DNA of 64,000 nucleotides from the NCBI RefSeq assembly GCF_009914755.1, contig NC_060930.1. One strand, given 5' to 3'. This document shows positions 38,520 to 56,242 of the stretch, piece by piece. The notes under the pieces were generated by a model that made no database searches, was not told the origin of the DNA, and saw only the letters and a program-made list of their open reading frames with translations. Every line of letters begins with the position of its first letter. Position 1 is the stretch's first letter. The DNA is from the human T2T-CHM13v2.0 reference genome, Homo sapiens. Position numbers and translations under genes: made by a program.

Positions 38520-39185
38520 CCTTTTATTTTTAGTTGACTTGTAATAATTGTACATATTTATGGGATATGGAGTGATATTTTGATACATGTATACAATGTA
38601 TAATGATCAAATCAGGGAAATTAGTAAATCCATCATCTTGAATATTTATCTTTTTTTGTGTGTGAACATTCAAAATCCTCTCTGCTAGCTATTTGGAAAC
38701 TAAATTCTTGTTAACTGTATTCACCCTACTGTGCTACAGAACACTAGAACTTACCCCTGCCATCTAGCTTTATAACTTTATAACTATCTTTATAAGTTTA
38801 TAGCCATTGACTCACCTCCCTGTATCCTCCTTCATCCGCTACCCTTTCCAGCCTCTAATAATCAAAATTCTACTCTGCTTCTACGAGTTCAATTTTTTGT
38901 AGCTTCCACATATGAGTGAAAACATGAGGTAATTATCTTTCTGTACTTGACTTATTTTGCTTAACATAATATCCTCCAGGTTCATCCATATTGCCACTCC
39001 TGACAGGATTTCACTCTTTTAAAAGGCTGAGTAGTATTCCGATGTGTATATATCATATTTTTTTTCCCATTCACTCACTGATGGGCACTTATGTTGATTC
39101 CCTATCTTTGCTATTATGAATAGAACTGCAGTAAACATGGGGGTTCAGACATCTCTTCGATATACTGATTTTCTTTCCTTTCTTC
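38520..39185 (-). mobile_element. L1MA-type 3' end
   Basis: ataattgtacatatttatggg...gatacatgtatacaatg...ttccacatatgagtga. Confidence 0.8.
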
Positions 39186-39781
39186 CAATACACTTTAAAG
39201 ACTGAGGGAGTGTGAAAACTAATAATGAACTTTGCTGGTGATTGAACACATCTCCTTTCCAGAGGCAAGAACCTTCTGTGCTTTTGATGTATTTGATATT
39301 ATAGTTATGCCTGGCCATGAACCAGGACCCTTATAAATCACTGTATTGTAAAGTTTGAAAATAAAATGAAGCTTGGTTCTCTAGAACCAATGTGGTAGCA
39401 CTCTCCTTCCCCATGAGGCCCCAATGAAGACCCATGGCTATGTGGATTGTGTGTGCTCTAGACACGTGCCTCCATTTTTAGAGATCCTAAAGGGTTGAGG
39501 CTAGGGGAATTCATTTCCCCTCCTGTTACTAAGTCCACAATGCCTTGAAGATTTCCTTATATTTCTGCAAAGCACAGGTGTCCCAAAATTGCTGCCACTT
39601 TTCTCCTTCCTTTATAGGGCTTTATAGGGCTTCTGTGACAATAATTTGCTCTGTGTCTGGGAAACTGTGTTGTGTTGAAAATGACAATTATTTCCCCCAT
39701 AGAGCTTATATTCTGACTTGGTTTGATGAATGTTATCTTCCATGGTGTTAAATTCTGACTTATTTGTTATTTGCCTAACAG

Positions 39782-39926
39782 AAAGTGTTCAAAAGAAAAT
39801 GAGGAGAATAAGAAACAAGTTTCAAAGAATTGCAGGAAACATGAGGAATTTCTGACTCAACTGCGTGACTGCTTGGATCCAGATGAGAGGAATGACAAGG
39901 CATCAGATGAAGATTTAATTTTAAAG
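39782..39926 (+). CDS. CCDC170: CCDC170 coding exon 4 (145 nt, phase 2/0)
   Basis: cctaacag|AAAGTGTTCA...TTAAAG|gtgtct; the first A completes the CA+A Gln codon; encodes KCSKENEENKKQVSKNCRKHEEFLTQLRDCLDPDERNDKASDEDLILK. Confidence 0.95.
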
Positions 39927-40347
39927 GTGTCTGTATGCAGATTAAAAAGTCTATAAATGTAGTGGTGATTCTGACATGTGGCATGAAAGGAAGTGCTGTG
40001 GTTGAGTTTGGGGGTGGCAGGAGAATGGCACAGTAGACCAAGTGTAGTATTAATTAACTGTATGACTTGGGACAAGTCACGTCACCTGCCTGAGCCTCAA
40101 TTCCAAGATCTTTTCTAGCATTATTGGAATTAATTATTCTCCAAAAGAGATTAATGGCTTTGTCTAAAATATATTTAGGTTGTCATATAGAGTTAATTAC
40201 TCATTGTAACCATTTGCTTTAGGGAGTTTTTTTCCTTTTAGTTACAGCCAGACATATACTCACACAAGCAGCTGCATGTCATTTTTAGGATACTGATTGA
40301 GTGTGAGATCTAAAGTACTTTAAAAATTTACATTAAAACCAAATAGT

Positions 40348-40646
40348 GGCTGGGCGCGGTGACTCACGCCTGTAATCCCAGCACTTTGGGAGGCTCAGGC
40401 GGGCAGATCACCTGAGGTCAGGGGTTTGAGACCAGCCTGGCCAACATGGAGAAACCCCGTCTCTACTAAAATACAAAAATTAGCCAGGCGTGGTGGCAGG
40501 TGCCTGTAATCCCAGCTAATTGGAAGGCTGAGACAGGAGAATCACTTGAACCAGGAGGCGGAGGTTGCAGTGAGATCAAGCCACTGCACTCCACCTGGGC
40601 CACAGAGTGAGACTCTGTCTCAAAAAATAAACAAAACAAAAAAAAA
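40348..40646 (+). mobile_element. AluSx-like
   Basis: Dimeric Alu about 420 bp after exon 4. Confidence 0.85.
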
Positions 40647-40819
40647 TAGCAAAAATTCTACTTTAATGGTAGATTACCATTAAGTCAGAAATAAATAATA
40701 ATAACTGAATAATTCACTTGGCCCATAGTGCTTCATTAGGGTACCTGAAAGTATTTGGTTCTCTTTGGCTATTTACAAACCTTTCATATCCTTGCTTCCT
40801 GACAGATTTCCATACAGCC

Positions 40820-41287
40820 GTTTGTTGTTGTTTTGTTTTTTTGTTTGTTTGTTTTAAATTTAGAGACAAGATCTTGCTCTGTCATCCAGGCTGGAGTACA
40901 GTGATATGATCCTAGTTTACTGTGGCCTTGACTTCTTGGGCTCAAGTGATCCTCCTGCCTCAGCCTCCTAAGTAATTGAGACTACAGGCATGCACCACCA
41001 TGTCTGGCTAATTATTTTATTTATGTAGAGATGAGGTCTTCCTATGTTGTCCAGGCTGGTCTTGAACTCCTTGCCTCAAGCAATTACCCCACCTCTGCCT
41101 CCTGAAGTGCTGTGAGTACAGTTGTGGGCCACCATGCCCAGCACCCATGCATCATTTTTTTTTTTTAAATGGAGATGAGGTCTCACTATATTGCCCGGGC
41201 TAGTCTCTAACTCCTGGGCTCAAGCGGTTCTCCCACCTTGGCCTTCCAAAGTGCTGGGATTACAGGCGTGAGCCATCACGTCTGGCC
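40820..41287 (-). mobile_element. AluJ plus FLAM-like monomer
   Basis: Reverse Alu 40820-41142; monomer 41155-41287. Confidence 0.8.
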
Positions 41288-41639
41288 TATCATGCAGCCA
41301 TTTTTGAAAACCACCTCTCAGGTGTCTACTAGTGAGCTTCCCAAATGTCCTCTCTGAAAGCCGCAAGATGACTTCATTCGACTTTGGGAAGTATTCCACT
41401 TCACGGATGGGTTTTGATAGCTGGGACCATGGGTCCACCTGATGCTCTCATGGGTGCTGGATGCCTCTCCTCCTCCCTATGGCTAACTTGTGACCAGGAA
41501 CTCAGCTGTAAAAGTCCACTTGTAGTTTGAGAATTATCTTTCAAACCAAATGATGGGGACAAGAAAAGGGAATTCAGAAGCTGCTTCTTCCGTGACACAC
41601 TTTTCTCTATCGGACACAATCTCCAGGTGCTAATCAGGG

Positions 41640-42146
41640 TGTTTCTACTACATTTATCATGTCCTTGTCTTTTCTGTATTTCTAATGCTTTGACTTCCGG
41701 GGTCTTGCTGAGCCGGGAGAGCCTGCCCTTCCCAGCAGAGCTTTCACGTGTGAACTGACCAATCCAGAGCCCACTCCCCAGCCACCTCCTACAACTGGCT
41801 GTTACCTGCAGATTACTGCCCCTTGCCCTAAGCCCCCCAGACAGCTCGGGTCAGCCCCTACACCCCAAGAGCCACTGAAATCATTCAATAGCCAACCCTA
41901 AGTCTGCTTACTCTGCTTTGCTTATTCCTTCCTGTGGAGGCGACAATAAAGCCTCTCGCCCGCTTTTCTCCCCACTTCTTCTGCCTCCTGACTGGCCCTG
42001 GTGCTTCCCCATTGCCCTGTGTAGTGTGGTGGGTTCCTGCCACTTGGGAACAATGAATAAGAAACCATCTTTTTGATGGCAATTTCCTCCTGGGATTTGT
42101 TGGCCTCAGCTTACCTGAACAGTAATGGAATCTATATTTCACGACA
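41640..42146 (+). mobile_element. MER74-like ERVL solo LTR
   Basis: TG...CA ends; ccaatccagagccca; aataaa; perfect 5-bp TSD caggg. Confidence 0.7.
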
Positions 42147-42391
42147 CAGGGTAGGAATCTGGAGCTTTGGCATCTCGGCCACGTGAGCAGGTGCCTGTCT
42201 TAAAAAGAAAAAAAAAAAAAAATTGGCCCAGATCAGGAAGTCTGCTGTCTTGACCAAGACTTCAGCCTCATTAGGTGTTCCTCCAAGAACAAAATGGCTC
42301 TGGTTTCCAAACTGTTCCTTCGCTTTCACACGCCCTCATAAACACGTGTGCACACGCATTCGCAAGGAACCATGCATTCCTAACAATTAGA

Positions 42392-42760
42392 CATTCATTC
42401 CTTCATTTCACAAATATTTAGTGAGTGCTTACTATATGCTAGACACTGTTCTGAGTGCTGGAGAGATAGCAGTGAATGAGACAAGACTATGTCTATGCTC
42501 GCCTAGAGATTTCATTTTCAAAGGGTAAGGATAGTGAAGAAATAACCAAATAAATATCTACGATTGCTCCACATGGTGAAAGGTGCAATACAGAAAAACA
42601 AATCAGGATGCAGGGATAGAGAGGGAAGCAAGTCACAGGTGTTGGACACTGTCTGAAGAGCGCCCCCGTGAGGTCGGGAGTTTTGAGGGCCATTGAGGAG
42701 AGAGATCATGCAAATGTGAGGAAGAGTGTTGGAGAGAGAGGGAACAGCATGAGTTGGGAG
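42392..42760 (-). mobile_element. L2 3' fragment
   Basis: cattcattc...aaatatttagtgagtgcttactatatgctagacactgttct. Confidence 0.7.
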
Positions 42761-43514
42761 TGGGGCACCATGTTTTCAGAGCATTGAGGCTCAAAGGTAT
42801 ATCACTTCCACAGAGAATCTCAACACAAATGCTGGCCCTGTCCTGAGGGGTCTCAAGTCACCCTATAGGCCTCCCCCTGGCCCTACAGAGTGAAATTGTC
42901 TGTATGGCTCATTCCCTGAGGTCAAGGAGCCTGCTGGCTTTTATTTTCCCCTTGTAAATCTTATAAATGCTCCCAGTTAACCATTCCAATGCACAACATA
43001 GTGAGCAAAAGCCCTGCTAATCTCAATTCCCTATGATAAACACTGAGCTGTTATTCAGAATTTTCCTATGCTTATATTACATAGAAGAATATTTTTTTAA
43101 AAAGCATGGCCGTGTGTTCTCTGTATTTCCTCCAGTGCCACATGGTGACTTGACTGCAGAAGGTCTGAGTGGACATGGGCTGAAGGCAAGTCCCTTGCTT
43201 CATCGCCTACTGTAGCCTCTGTAGAGCTTCACCTTACCTGGTGTATTTAGCAGGTTTGCTGATGTGTGTTCCGTCGGGACACTTTTGGCTTCATCATCCT
43301 TGCCTTGTGGCCACCTTTTGGATAATTTGAATTTGACCCCCAGGTCTAAAACAGAGTTTACAGGCTGCCTTTGAAAATGTGACCTTTCCAGTCCATGTAG
43401 GGATAGTGCTCTTACATTTTTCATATGATAATGCAGTCTATAGATGTGACTTGCTTAGAGAAAATGATGAAATTGTTAATTTTTATAGGACAGCTGTAAT
43501 TGCTTTCTCTTCAG

Positions 43515-43700
43515 CTTAGAGACCTGCGCAAAGAAAATGAATTCGTGAAAGGACAAATTGTTATTCTTGAAGAGACTATAAATGTCCATGAGATGGAAGC
43601 AAAAGCTAGCAGAGAAACGATCATGAGGCTGGCTTCAGAAGTCAACAGAGAGCAGAAAAAAGCTGCCTCCTGTACTGAAGAGAAAGAGAAGCTGAACCAG
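43515..43700 (+). CDS. CCDC170: CCDC170 coding exon 5 (186 nt, phase 0/0)
   Basis: ttctcttcag|CTTAGAGAC...AACCAG|gtatga; encodes LRDLRKENEFVKGQIVILEETINVHEMEAKASRETIMRLASEVNREQKKAASCTEEKEKLNQ. Confidence 0.95.
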
Positions 43701-43929
43701 GTATGATATGTGAAGTATACGTGTGCATCTGGGACCATGTTGAAGAAGCAGAAATGGAAGAGATGGATGTCAGATAAGTGCCCTAGAACTACTGATTACG
43801 ATTTTTTTTTATTGATCACAATTTTAAGAGCCTGCACTCAGCAGGAGGGTTGGGGGTGACATGGGACAAAGTGACTTGAACAGGCCATTGGCTATATATG
43901 TACATTTAAAAATTTTTTAATTTAAATTT

Positions 43930-44552
<623 letters not shown>

Positions 44553-44804
44553 ACATTTTTTTAAATAATGGAAAAAAGGAATACAAAACACTTAAAATTA
44601 AAGAATTTGTAGAGAAGATGTCTTACTTTAGTTAAATTATAGGATCTTAAAAAGTTTAAATTTAATATATTTGAACAAATAGGTAATATATTTACAAGAA
44701 ACAAAATTCTAAATGTACAGGAGTATATGGTGAAACATGTTCCCCATACCCCTCTCCCCAGCCACCCAGTTCTCTTCAGAGGCAACCTCTCTGTTAACAA
44801 TTTC

Positions 44805-44945
44805 TTTCTTTAAAAAATTTATTTGTAGAGACGGGGTCTCACTATGTTGCCCAGGCTGGTCCTAAACTCCTGGCCTCAAGTGATCCTCCCACTTGGGACT
44901 TCCAAAATGCTGGGATTACAGGCATGAGCCATTGAGCCCTGCCCC
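44805..44945 (-). mobile_element. FLAM-like Alu monomer inside old L1 3' sequence
   Basis: Single left-arm unit. Confidence 0.75.
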
Positions 44946-45818
44946 AGTGATTTCTTATATACTCTTCTGGAAATATTTTACACACATATATACATATTCT
45001 TTTAATTTCTTTTTAACACAAATGTTGACACACTCTGCACACTATATGTTTCTCTTTTTATTTATTTTTTAACACAAGTGGCAATATACTATACATTATT
45101 ATCAATACAGCTATTATGAGTAATCTTATATCATTCTTCATGTGGGAGGATATATCAGTAAGACAAAATCCAAGAAGTAGACTCGCTGGGCCAAAGGACA
45201 TGGACCTTGTAATTCTGACAGATATTGCCAAAGGGAAGTGACTGAATTGTAAACTTTTATTTACACAATGAATTGGCTGATCTTTTCAAATGGTCTGCAA
45301 CCTATTTGAGCTATTTAATACCATATGTATTTTTTAACATTGTATAATCCCTTAACTATAATTTTGTGATAAAGAAATTTATTATGGGATTAATAATAAT
45401 GATCCATTTCCAAAAGCAAAAACGAGCTTATACAATCAGTTAATAAAAGTACATAGGAAAAAAGTGAATGGCAGTGGCCCAGCAGATGGAATTTAAGATC
45501 AGCTAAGGACTGATGCTGATAAAGGGAGCCTCCTTGTGGGTGAAGGGCTAGTGGTGGCCCACAGGCTGAGGAGGGGCCTGGGGAATTGGTGGGTGCAGGA
45601 GAAGGAGTTCCCTTTTCAGGAATTTCTTTTGGGCCTTTTCTGTCTAGTGACAGCCACACTGAGGTGAGAAGGGAAGTTGGAAAGCACAGTCATGATGATA
45701 ATTTCTATTTTCAATTAATTCCCTGCATCAAAAGGCCCTTCGCACCACTAGCTTTATTCTCCTGACACATTAACTCTGTGGAAAGTGCAAAGTTTATTAT
45801 TGTTGTCAATGCCCTCAT

Positions 45819-46188
45819 TGTCAGCTTGGGCTGCCATAATACAGTACCATAGACTGGGTGGTTTAAACAACATAAATGTATTTCTCACAAATCTGGAGGC
45901 CGGGAAATCCAAGATCAGAACCAACATGGTCAGGTTCTGGTGAGGGCCCTCATCCTGCATGTAGATGGCTGCCTTCTCCCTGTGTCCTCACATGTCACAG
46001 AGAGAGCAAGCAAGCTAAGTGCTATGATGTCTTTCCTTCTAAGGGCACTAATCCCATCGTGAGGTCCCCACCCTCAAAACTTCATCTGAACCTAATCATC
46101 TCCCAAAGGCCCCACCCACAAATACCATCACATTGGGGGTTAGGACTTCAAAGTATGAATTTTGGGGAAGATACAAATCAGTCCATAG
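45819..46188 (-). mobile_element. MLT1A-like MaLR LTR
   Basis: gggctgccataa...taccatagactgggtgg...aagggcactaatcc...cagtccatag. Confidence 0.75.
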
Positions 46189-46190
46189 TA

Positions 46191-46249
46191 TTAGGTTGGT
46201 GCAAAAGTAATTGCGGTTTTTGCAATTACTTTTAATGGCATCAACCTAA
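46191..46249. mobile_element. MADE1 (Hsmar1-derived MITE), internally deleted
   Basis: TTAGGTTGGTGCAAAAGTAATTGCGGTTTTTGC...CAACCTAA with TA TSDs. Confidence 0.9.
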
Positions 46250-46598
46250 TAACTTACCATTATTTTTCACCAACATTGTCTTTTAAAAAATTTCAAATAT
46301 ATAGAAAGAGTGAAGGAATATGACAATGATCACCCACCCACCATCCACCCAGATGCAACAATGGTTAGCATTTTGTTTTATTTGCTTTATTATTTTACAT
46401 AATATGTATTTGTTATTGTTTATTTATTGTTACATAAACATAGATATATTTGCAGAATCACTTGAAAATAAGTTGCAGACTTCATAAGTATTGCCTCTAA
46501 CTATGTCAGCATATTTATCCTGAGAATAATGACATTGCCCTATGTAACCACAATACCACTGCTGCATCTGAAAGTTAACTATAATGCCGGATACCATC

Positions 46599-47120
46599 TG
46601 TGGTGGTTTTCAAGCACACACATTTTTTTATATGCTTCCTCTTGAGCATGGTCTGGACTTAGTGATTCCCTTCTAGTGAATAGAATATGTCAGAAATGAT
46701 GGATATCACTTTTGATATTAGGTTATAAAAAGGCTGTGGCTTCTGTCTTAAATACACTCTATTGATCTCTCTGGAGTCACTTGCTCTTGAGGGAAGCCAG
46801 GGGCCATGGTGTGAGGTAGGTCTAGGGAGAGGGAAGTCAGCTACCATGTGGTGAAGACACTTAGCCTCCTCTCGGGAGGCCCACGTGGTAAGGACCTGAG
46901 GCCTGTCAGCTACCATGTGAGTGAGCCCAGCAGGGAATCGTCCCCTGGTCAATCCTGGGGAGGACTGCAGCCCTGCTCAACAGGTTGGCCCTAACCTTAG
47001 GAGAGCCCCTGAGCCAGAACCACCACCAGCAAAGTCGTGCTGAGATTCCTGACCCATAGAAACTGTGAGATAATCAGTGTTTGTTGTTTTAAGCCACCAA
47101 GTTTGGCTTAGCTAATAATA
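46599..47120 (+). mobile_element. MLT1F-like MaLR LTR
   Basis: gagccagaaccac...ttcctgacccatagaaactgtgagataat...ttttaagccac. Confidence 0.7.
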
Positions 47121-47124
47121 ATCT

Positions 47125-48360
<1,236 letters not shown>

Positions 48361-49508
48361 AAAATTGATGATTTATAAATGCTCATTTATTGAATACTTA
48401 CCATTAGCCCAGTCATTGTGCTAATGATCAGAGAGGTTATTCACTTTGCTCAAGTTCACACAGCTATTAAATGGCAAAGCTAGGATTTGAACCCATATCA
48501 TTACATTATTGTACCTTCAGCAATAATCCTCTTTCCATATATATTCACAGTTACATCCTACATACAAGTCTGATGCCAGAAACTATTTATTAGTCAGTGG
48601 AACAACAATAATAAATAGCCATACAAATGTCCTCAGTGAGTAATTTTAATTCAATTATAACTAGTAGTTATTAAATTATCAAGATTTGAATATTAGGGGG
48701 AGAGGAGGGGTTAAAAAAGACTTGACTATTAGGAAGAATTTAATATTTATTTATAAAAATGCATCTCTAGAGATCAGTAGTAGGAAACGAGTAAGGAAAT
48801 GTGTTGTAATAGCACATTCAAAAACCAGAACTTATTCCTCTTCTTATATAAGTGTCTTCACTTGTAATGACTGATGCAATGTTGTTCAGACTTTGGAAAC
48901 ACATTCACTTTGGGATGAAGTTCCTGCCAAAATCATAAAAATTGTAAAAAAAAAAATTATATGGGCAATAAAAAAACTTGAGGTCTTTAATAAAGTACTT
49001 TATTCATAGGATTGTGCCTCCCGAAGATTTACTACTTAAAAATACCATCAGGTGGTTTTACTGACACATTAACAGACTCAGGAAGAGTCTTCATAATGCT
49101 TTCTAAAGCTCTATTTTTGAGGTAGGAAACTTACTTTATTAGTGAGGTCCAGAAGGACTGCAGAAGTAGAAGTAGCCACAGGACTAGGGTGTGGTTTCTA
49201 CATAACTCAGCTTTTCTGATCTGCTTGAAGACTCTACTTCAGTTCCTTCAAGAAAATTTCGCAAATAAAAATCCAAGTGATTTGTCATATATATGATAAA
49301 TATATTACTTAAAAATATTTTAGTAGTTCATATTGAAGTATGTCTTAAAAACTACCAAAAGTTGGTACTTGGTACTTTTTCCCTTGGTTTTCTTGAAATA
49401 ACCTACTGAGGAATAACCTATTTGAGGAAAGTAGTCATTTTGCCTGGGCAAGCCACACACCCATTTCCTATGAATTACAGAAGTTAAAATCAATGAGATC
49501 AGAAACTA

Positions 49509-50520
<1,012 letters not shown>

Positions 50521-50669
50521 TTTTCATTTCCTTTTCCTAGTTATTTACTTTTACCTGGGGATAAGATAAACATGAGATTAATTTATAGTCATATGGAAAT
50601 AGTTCCTGGAAGTAAGAAATGACTAGATGAGATAGACTACTGAAGAAATGACAGACCTCTTTACAATTC

Positions 50670-51070
50670 TAGAATCATAAAGTTGGAAGTGACCTTCAGG
50701 CCATTTAGAATCTAGATCATCTAACTCTCTATGTGAAATAAGAATCATGTTTTAAAACAATTTCCCTGACTAGCTAATGTTCAACCTTTCCTTTAACTCT
50801 TCTAGAAATGGGGAACTCACTACTGTATAAGGAGGTCCGTCTCATCTTTGTGAACTGTTTGACAGTTCCGTATTGTAGCAAGTCAGGATTAGAATCTCTA
50901 TAATTCAACTCCTCATCCTGTTACTCACTTGTGAAATTTCACTGAATAAATGAAAATCCGTTTTCTTATGGCCACCCTTCAAATGGTTAAGGACATTTAT
51001 TATGGATTTCTAAGTCTCTTCTTCTGGCTAAACAGCCTTAGATCTTTCAAACTTTTCTTACTTGAACCCT
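50670..51070 (-). mobile_element. L3/CR1 fragment
   Basis: agaatcata...gttggaagtgacctt...ggggaactcactac; highly diverged. Confidence 0.5.
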
Positions 51071-51173
51071 CCTTCTTATTGCCTGTGAGGCTGGGGGAGT
51101 TCTAGTCTGTGGGTGAGGAATTAAAATGAAAACAAACACCAAATAATATCTGCCCATATTATACAAAATTAAA

Positions 51174-51698
<525 letters not shown>

Positions 51699-52404
51699 TA
51701 AAACTTTAAAGTAATACAATTTTATTCCTGATTCATCAATTTGAGGCAGTATTTGGCAAAGACTTTCTACTATGAAATATGAAGAATTTCATGCCTCCTA
51801 CTTTTTTTATTTATTATTGCTACACGATACTTGTATGTATTTAACGGGTACATGTGCTATTTTATTACACGCATAGAATGTGTAAGGATGAAGTCAAGGT
51901 ATTTAAGGTCTTCATCACCTCAACTATTTATCATTTCTGTGTGTTGGGAACATTTCAAGCCCTCTCTTCTAGCTATTTCAAAATATACAATACATTGTTA
52001 ACTATAGTCACCCTACTCGCTGACAAACATTAAAGCTTATTTCTTCTATCTAACTGTATGCTTGTATCCATTAACCAATCTCTCTTCATCCCTCCTCCCA
52101 CCCACTTACCCTTCCCAGCCTCTGGAATCTATTTTTCTACTCTCTAACTATATGAGTCAACTCTTTTAGTTCCTGCATATGAGTGAGAACATGTGATATT
52201 TGTCTTTCTAGGCCTGACTTATTTCACTCAACATAATGACCTCTCATTCCATCCATGTTCCTGCAAATTACATGATTTCATTTTTTAATGGTTTAATAGT
52301 ATTCCATTGTGTATATATACCACATTAAAAAAATCTATTCAGGCCTGGCGCAGAGGCTCACACCTGTAATCCCAGCACTTTGGGAGGCCAAGGCGGGTGG
52401 ATCA

Positions 52405-52644
<240 letters not shown>

Positions 52645-53093
52645 TCATCCGTTGGTGGACACTTCGGTTGATTCCGTATATTTGCTATTGTGACTAGTGC
52701 TGCAGTAAACATGAGTGTGCAGGAATCTCTTTGTTATGCTCATGTCCTTTCCTTTGGATAAATACTCAGTAGTGGGATTGCTGGATGTGTGGTATTTACA
52801 TTTTTAGTTTTTTTAAGAAATCTCCATACTGTGTTCCATAGTGGCCATACAAATTTACATTCCCACCAACAGTGTTAACAAAAGTTATCTCTTCTCTGTA
52901 TCCTTGCGAGCATCTGTTATGTTTGTTTATTTGTTTTTGTCTTTTTAATAATAGCCATTCTAACTGGGGTTAGATGATACCTCATTGTGGTTTTGATCTG
53001 CATTTCCCTGATGATCAGTGATGTTGAGCATTTTAAAAACTTAACCTTTTGGGACAAATCCCAGCACTTTGGGAGGCCAAGGTGAGTGGATCA

Positions 53094-53420
<327 letters not shown>

Positions 53421-54219
53421 CTCACCCACTTTTTATTGAGATTAGTGTTTTTTTTTTTTTTTTTTTTTAATGTTGACTTGCTTGAGTTCCTGTATGTATT
53501 CTGGATATTAGTCCCTTGTTGGATAAATAGTTTGCAAATATTTTCTCCCATTCAGCAGGTTGTTTCTTCACCCTGTTGATTGTTCCTTGTGCTGTGTAGA
53601 GGCTTTTTAGTTTAATATAGTCCCATTTGCCTACTTTTGTTTTTGTTGCCTGTGCTGTTGAGATCTTAGCCCTAAAATATTTTCCTAGCCAATGTCTTGA
53701 AGTGTTTCTTCTACATTTTATTCTAGTAGTTTTATAGTTTTAGGTTTAAGTCATTAATCCATCTTGAATTGATTTTTGTGTATGATGAGAAAGATAGTGA
53801 CCTAGTTTCATTCTTCTGCATATGGATGTCTAGTTTTCCCAACACCATTTATTGAAGAGGCTCTCTTTTACCGCAATGTATATGCTTGGCACCATTGTTG
53901 AAAATCAGATGGCTATAATTATGTGGATTTATTTCTGGTTTCTTTATTCTGTTCCATTTAGTCTGTGTGTCTATTTCATACCAATACCCTGCTGTTTTGT
54001 TTATTATAGCCTTGAAGTATATTTTGAAGTCAGTTAGTATGATGCCTTCAGCTTTGTTCTTTTTGCTCAGGATTGCTTTGGCTACTTAAGGTCTTTTGTG
54101 GATCAATAGAAATTTTATGATTTTTTTCCATTTCTATGAAAAATAATATTAATGTTTCGACAGGGATTACAGTTAATCTGTAGACTGCTTTGGGTAATGT
54201 GGTCATTTAACAACATTAA

Positions 54220-54354
<135 letters not shown>

Positions 54355-56242
54355 TAGCTGGGACAACAGGCACATGCCACCATGCCCGGCTAATTTTTGT
54401 ATTTTTAGTAGAGATAGGATTTTGCCATGTTGGCCAGGCTGGTCTTGAACTCCTGGCCTCAAGTGATCCACCTGCCCTGACCTCCCAAAGTGCTGAGATT
54501 ACAGGCATAAGCCACTGTGCCCAGCCAACAACATTAATTATTCTGATCCATGAGCATGAGATGTCTTTTCATTTGTTTGTGTCCTCTTTAATTTCTTTCA
54601 TCAGTGTTTTGTAGTTTTCCTTGTAGAAGTCTTTCCCTTCCTTGGTTAAATTTATAAATTATTTTATGTTTTTGTTGGTATTGCAAATGGGATTACCTTC
54701 TTGATTTCTTTTTCAGGTAGTTCATTGTTAGTGTATAGAAACACTACTGATTTTTGTATGTTTATTTTGTATTCTGCTACTTTACTGAATTTATTTATAA
54801 GCTTTAAGAGTTTTTTTGGTGTCTTTTGGCTTTCCTAAATATAAGATCATGTTGTCTGCAAAGAGGGACAATTTAACTTTCTCTTTTCCAATTTGGATGT
54901 CATTTATTTCTTTCTCTTGTCTGATTTCTCTGGCTAGGATTTTCGGATACATAGAAATGTTCATAGTCATCTCTGAGGATCTTTTGTATTTCTGTGGTAT
55001 CAGTTGTAATGTCACCTTTGTCATTTCTGATTGTGCTTCTTTGGTTCTTCTTTTTTTCTTGGTTAACTTGGCTAGTGGTCTGTCAATTTGGTTTATCCTT
55101 TCAAAAAAGAAACTTTTTATGTTGCTCATCCTTTTATATTTTTTTTGGCTCTGAATTTTATTTAGTTCTGTTCTGATCTTAGTTATTTCTTCTATTGGCT
55201 TTGGGTTGAGTTTGTTCTTGTTTTTGTAGTTCCATTAGGTGTGATGTTAGGTTGTTAATTTGAGATCTTTCTATGTTTTTGATGTATGCATTTAGCAATA
55301 TATTTTCACATTTAGCACTATATTTTCCTCTTAACACTACTTTTTCTGTATCCCAGAGGTTTTGATATGTTGTATCTTTATTTTAATTCCATTCAATGAA
55401 TTTTTAAATCCTGCTTTAATCTCATTGTTTACTCAAAAGTCATTAAGAAGCAGGTTGTTTAGTTTCCATGTGCTTGTGTGGTTTTGGGAGTTTTTCTTGG
55501 TGTTGATTTCTAATTTTATTCCACTGTGGTCAGAGAAGATGCTTGATATGATTTAGTTTCTTTTTAAATTTATTGAGACTTGCTTTATGACTGAGGCATG
55601 TGTTCAATTTTAGAGAATGTTCTATTTGCAGATGAGAAAAATGTACATTCTGTGGTTGTGGGGTGCAGTATTCTATAGATGTCTGTGAGGTCCATCTTGT
55701 TGAAAGTCCGGTTTAAGTCCAGACCTTCTTTGTTAGTTTTCTGACTTAATGATCTGCCTATTGCTGTCAATGTGGTGTCAAAGTTTCCCATGATTATTGT
55801 ATGGCTATCTCTTTTCTTATATCTATTAATAGTAGTATTTTATAAATCTGGGTGCTCTGAATCTGTGTGCATATATATTTAGGAGGATAGCTAAATCTTG
55901 TTGAATTGAGCCCTTTATCATCATGTAGTTCTTTTCTTTTTCTTCTTACTGTTGTAGGTTTAAATTCTGTTTTATCTGATACAAGAATAGCAACTTTTGC
56001 TCTTTTCTGTTTTCCATTTGTGTGATGGATATTTCTCCATCCCTTTACTTTAAGCCTGTGTGTGTTATTACATGCAAGATGGGTCTCTAGAGGAAAGAGA
56101 ATGTAGGGTCTTGCTTTTTAATCCAATTTACCACTCTACTTCTTTTAAGTGGAGCATTTAGGCCATTTATGGTCAAAGTTACTGTTGATGTGTGAGGTTT
56201 TGTTTCTGTCATAGTGTTGTTAACTAGTTGCTTTGTAGTCTT

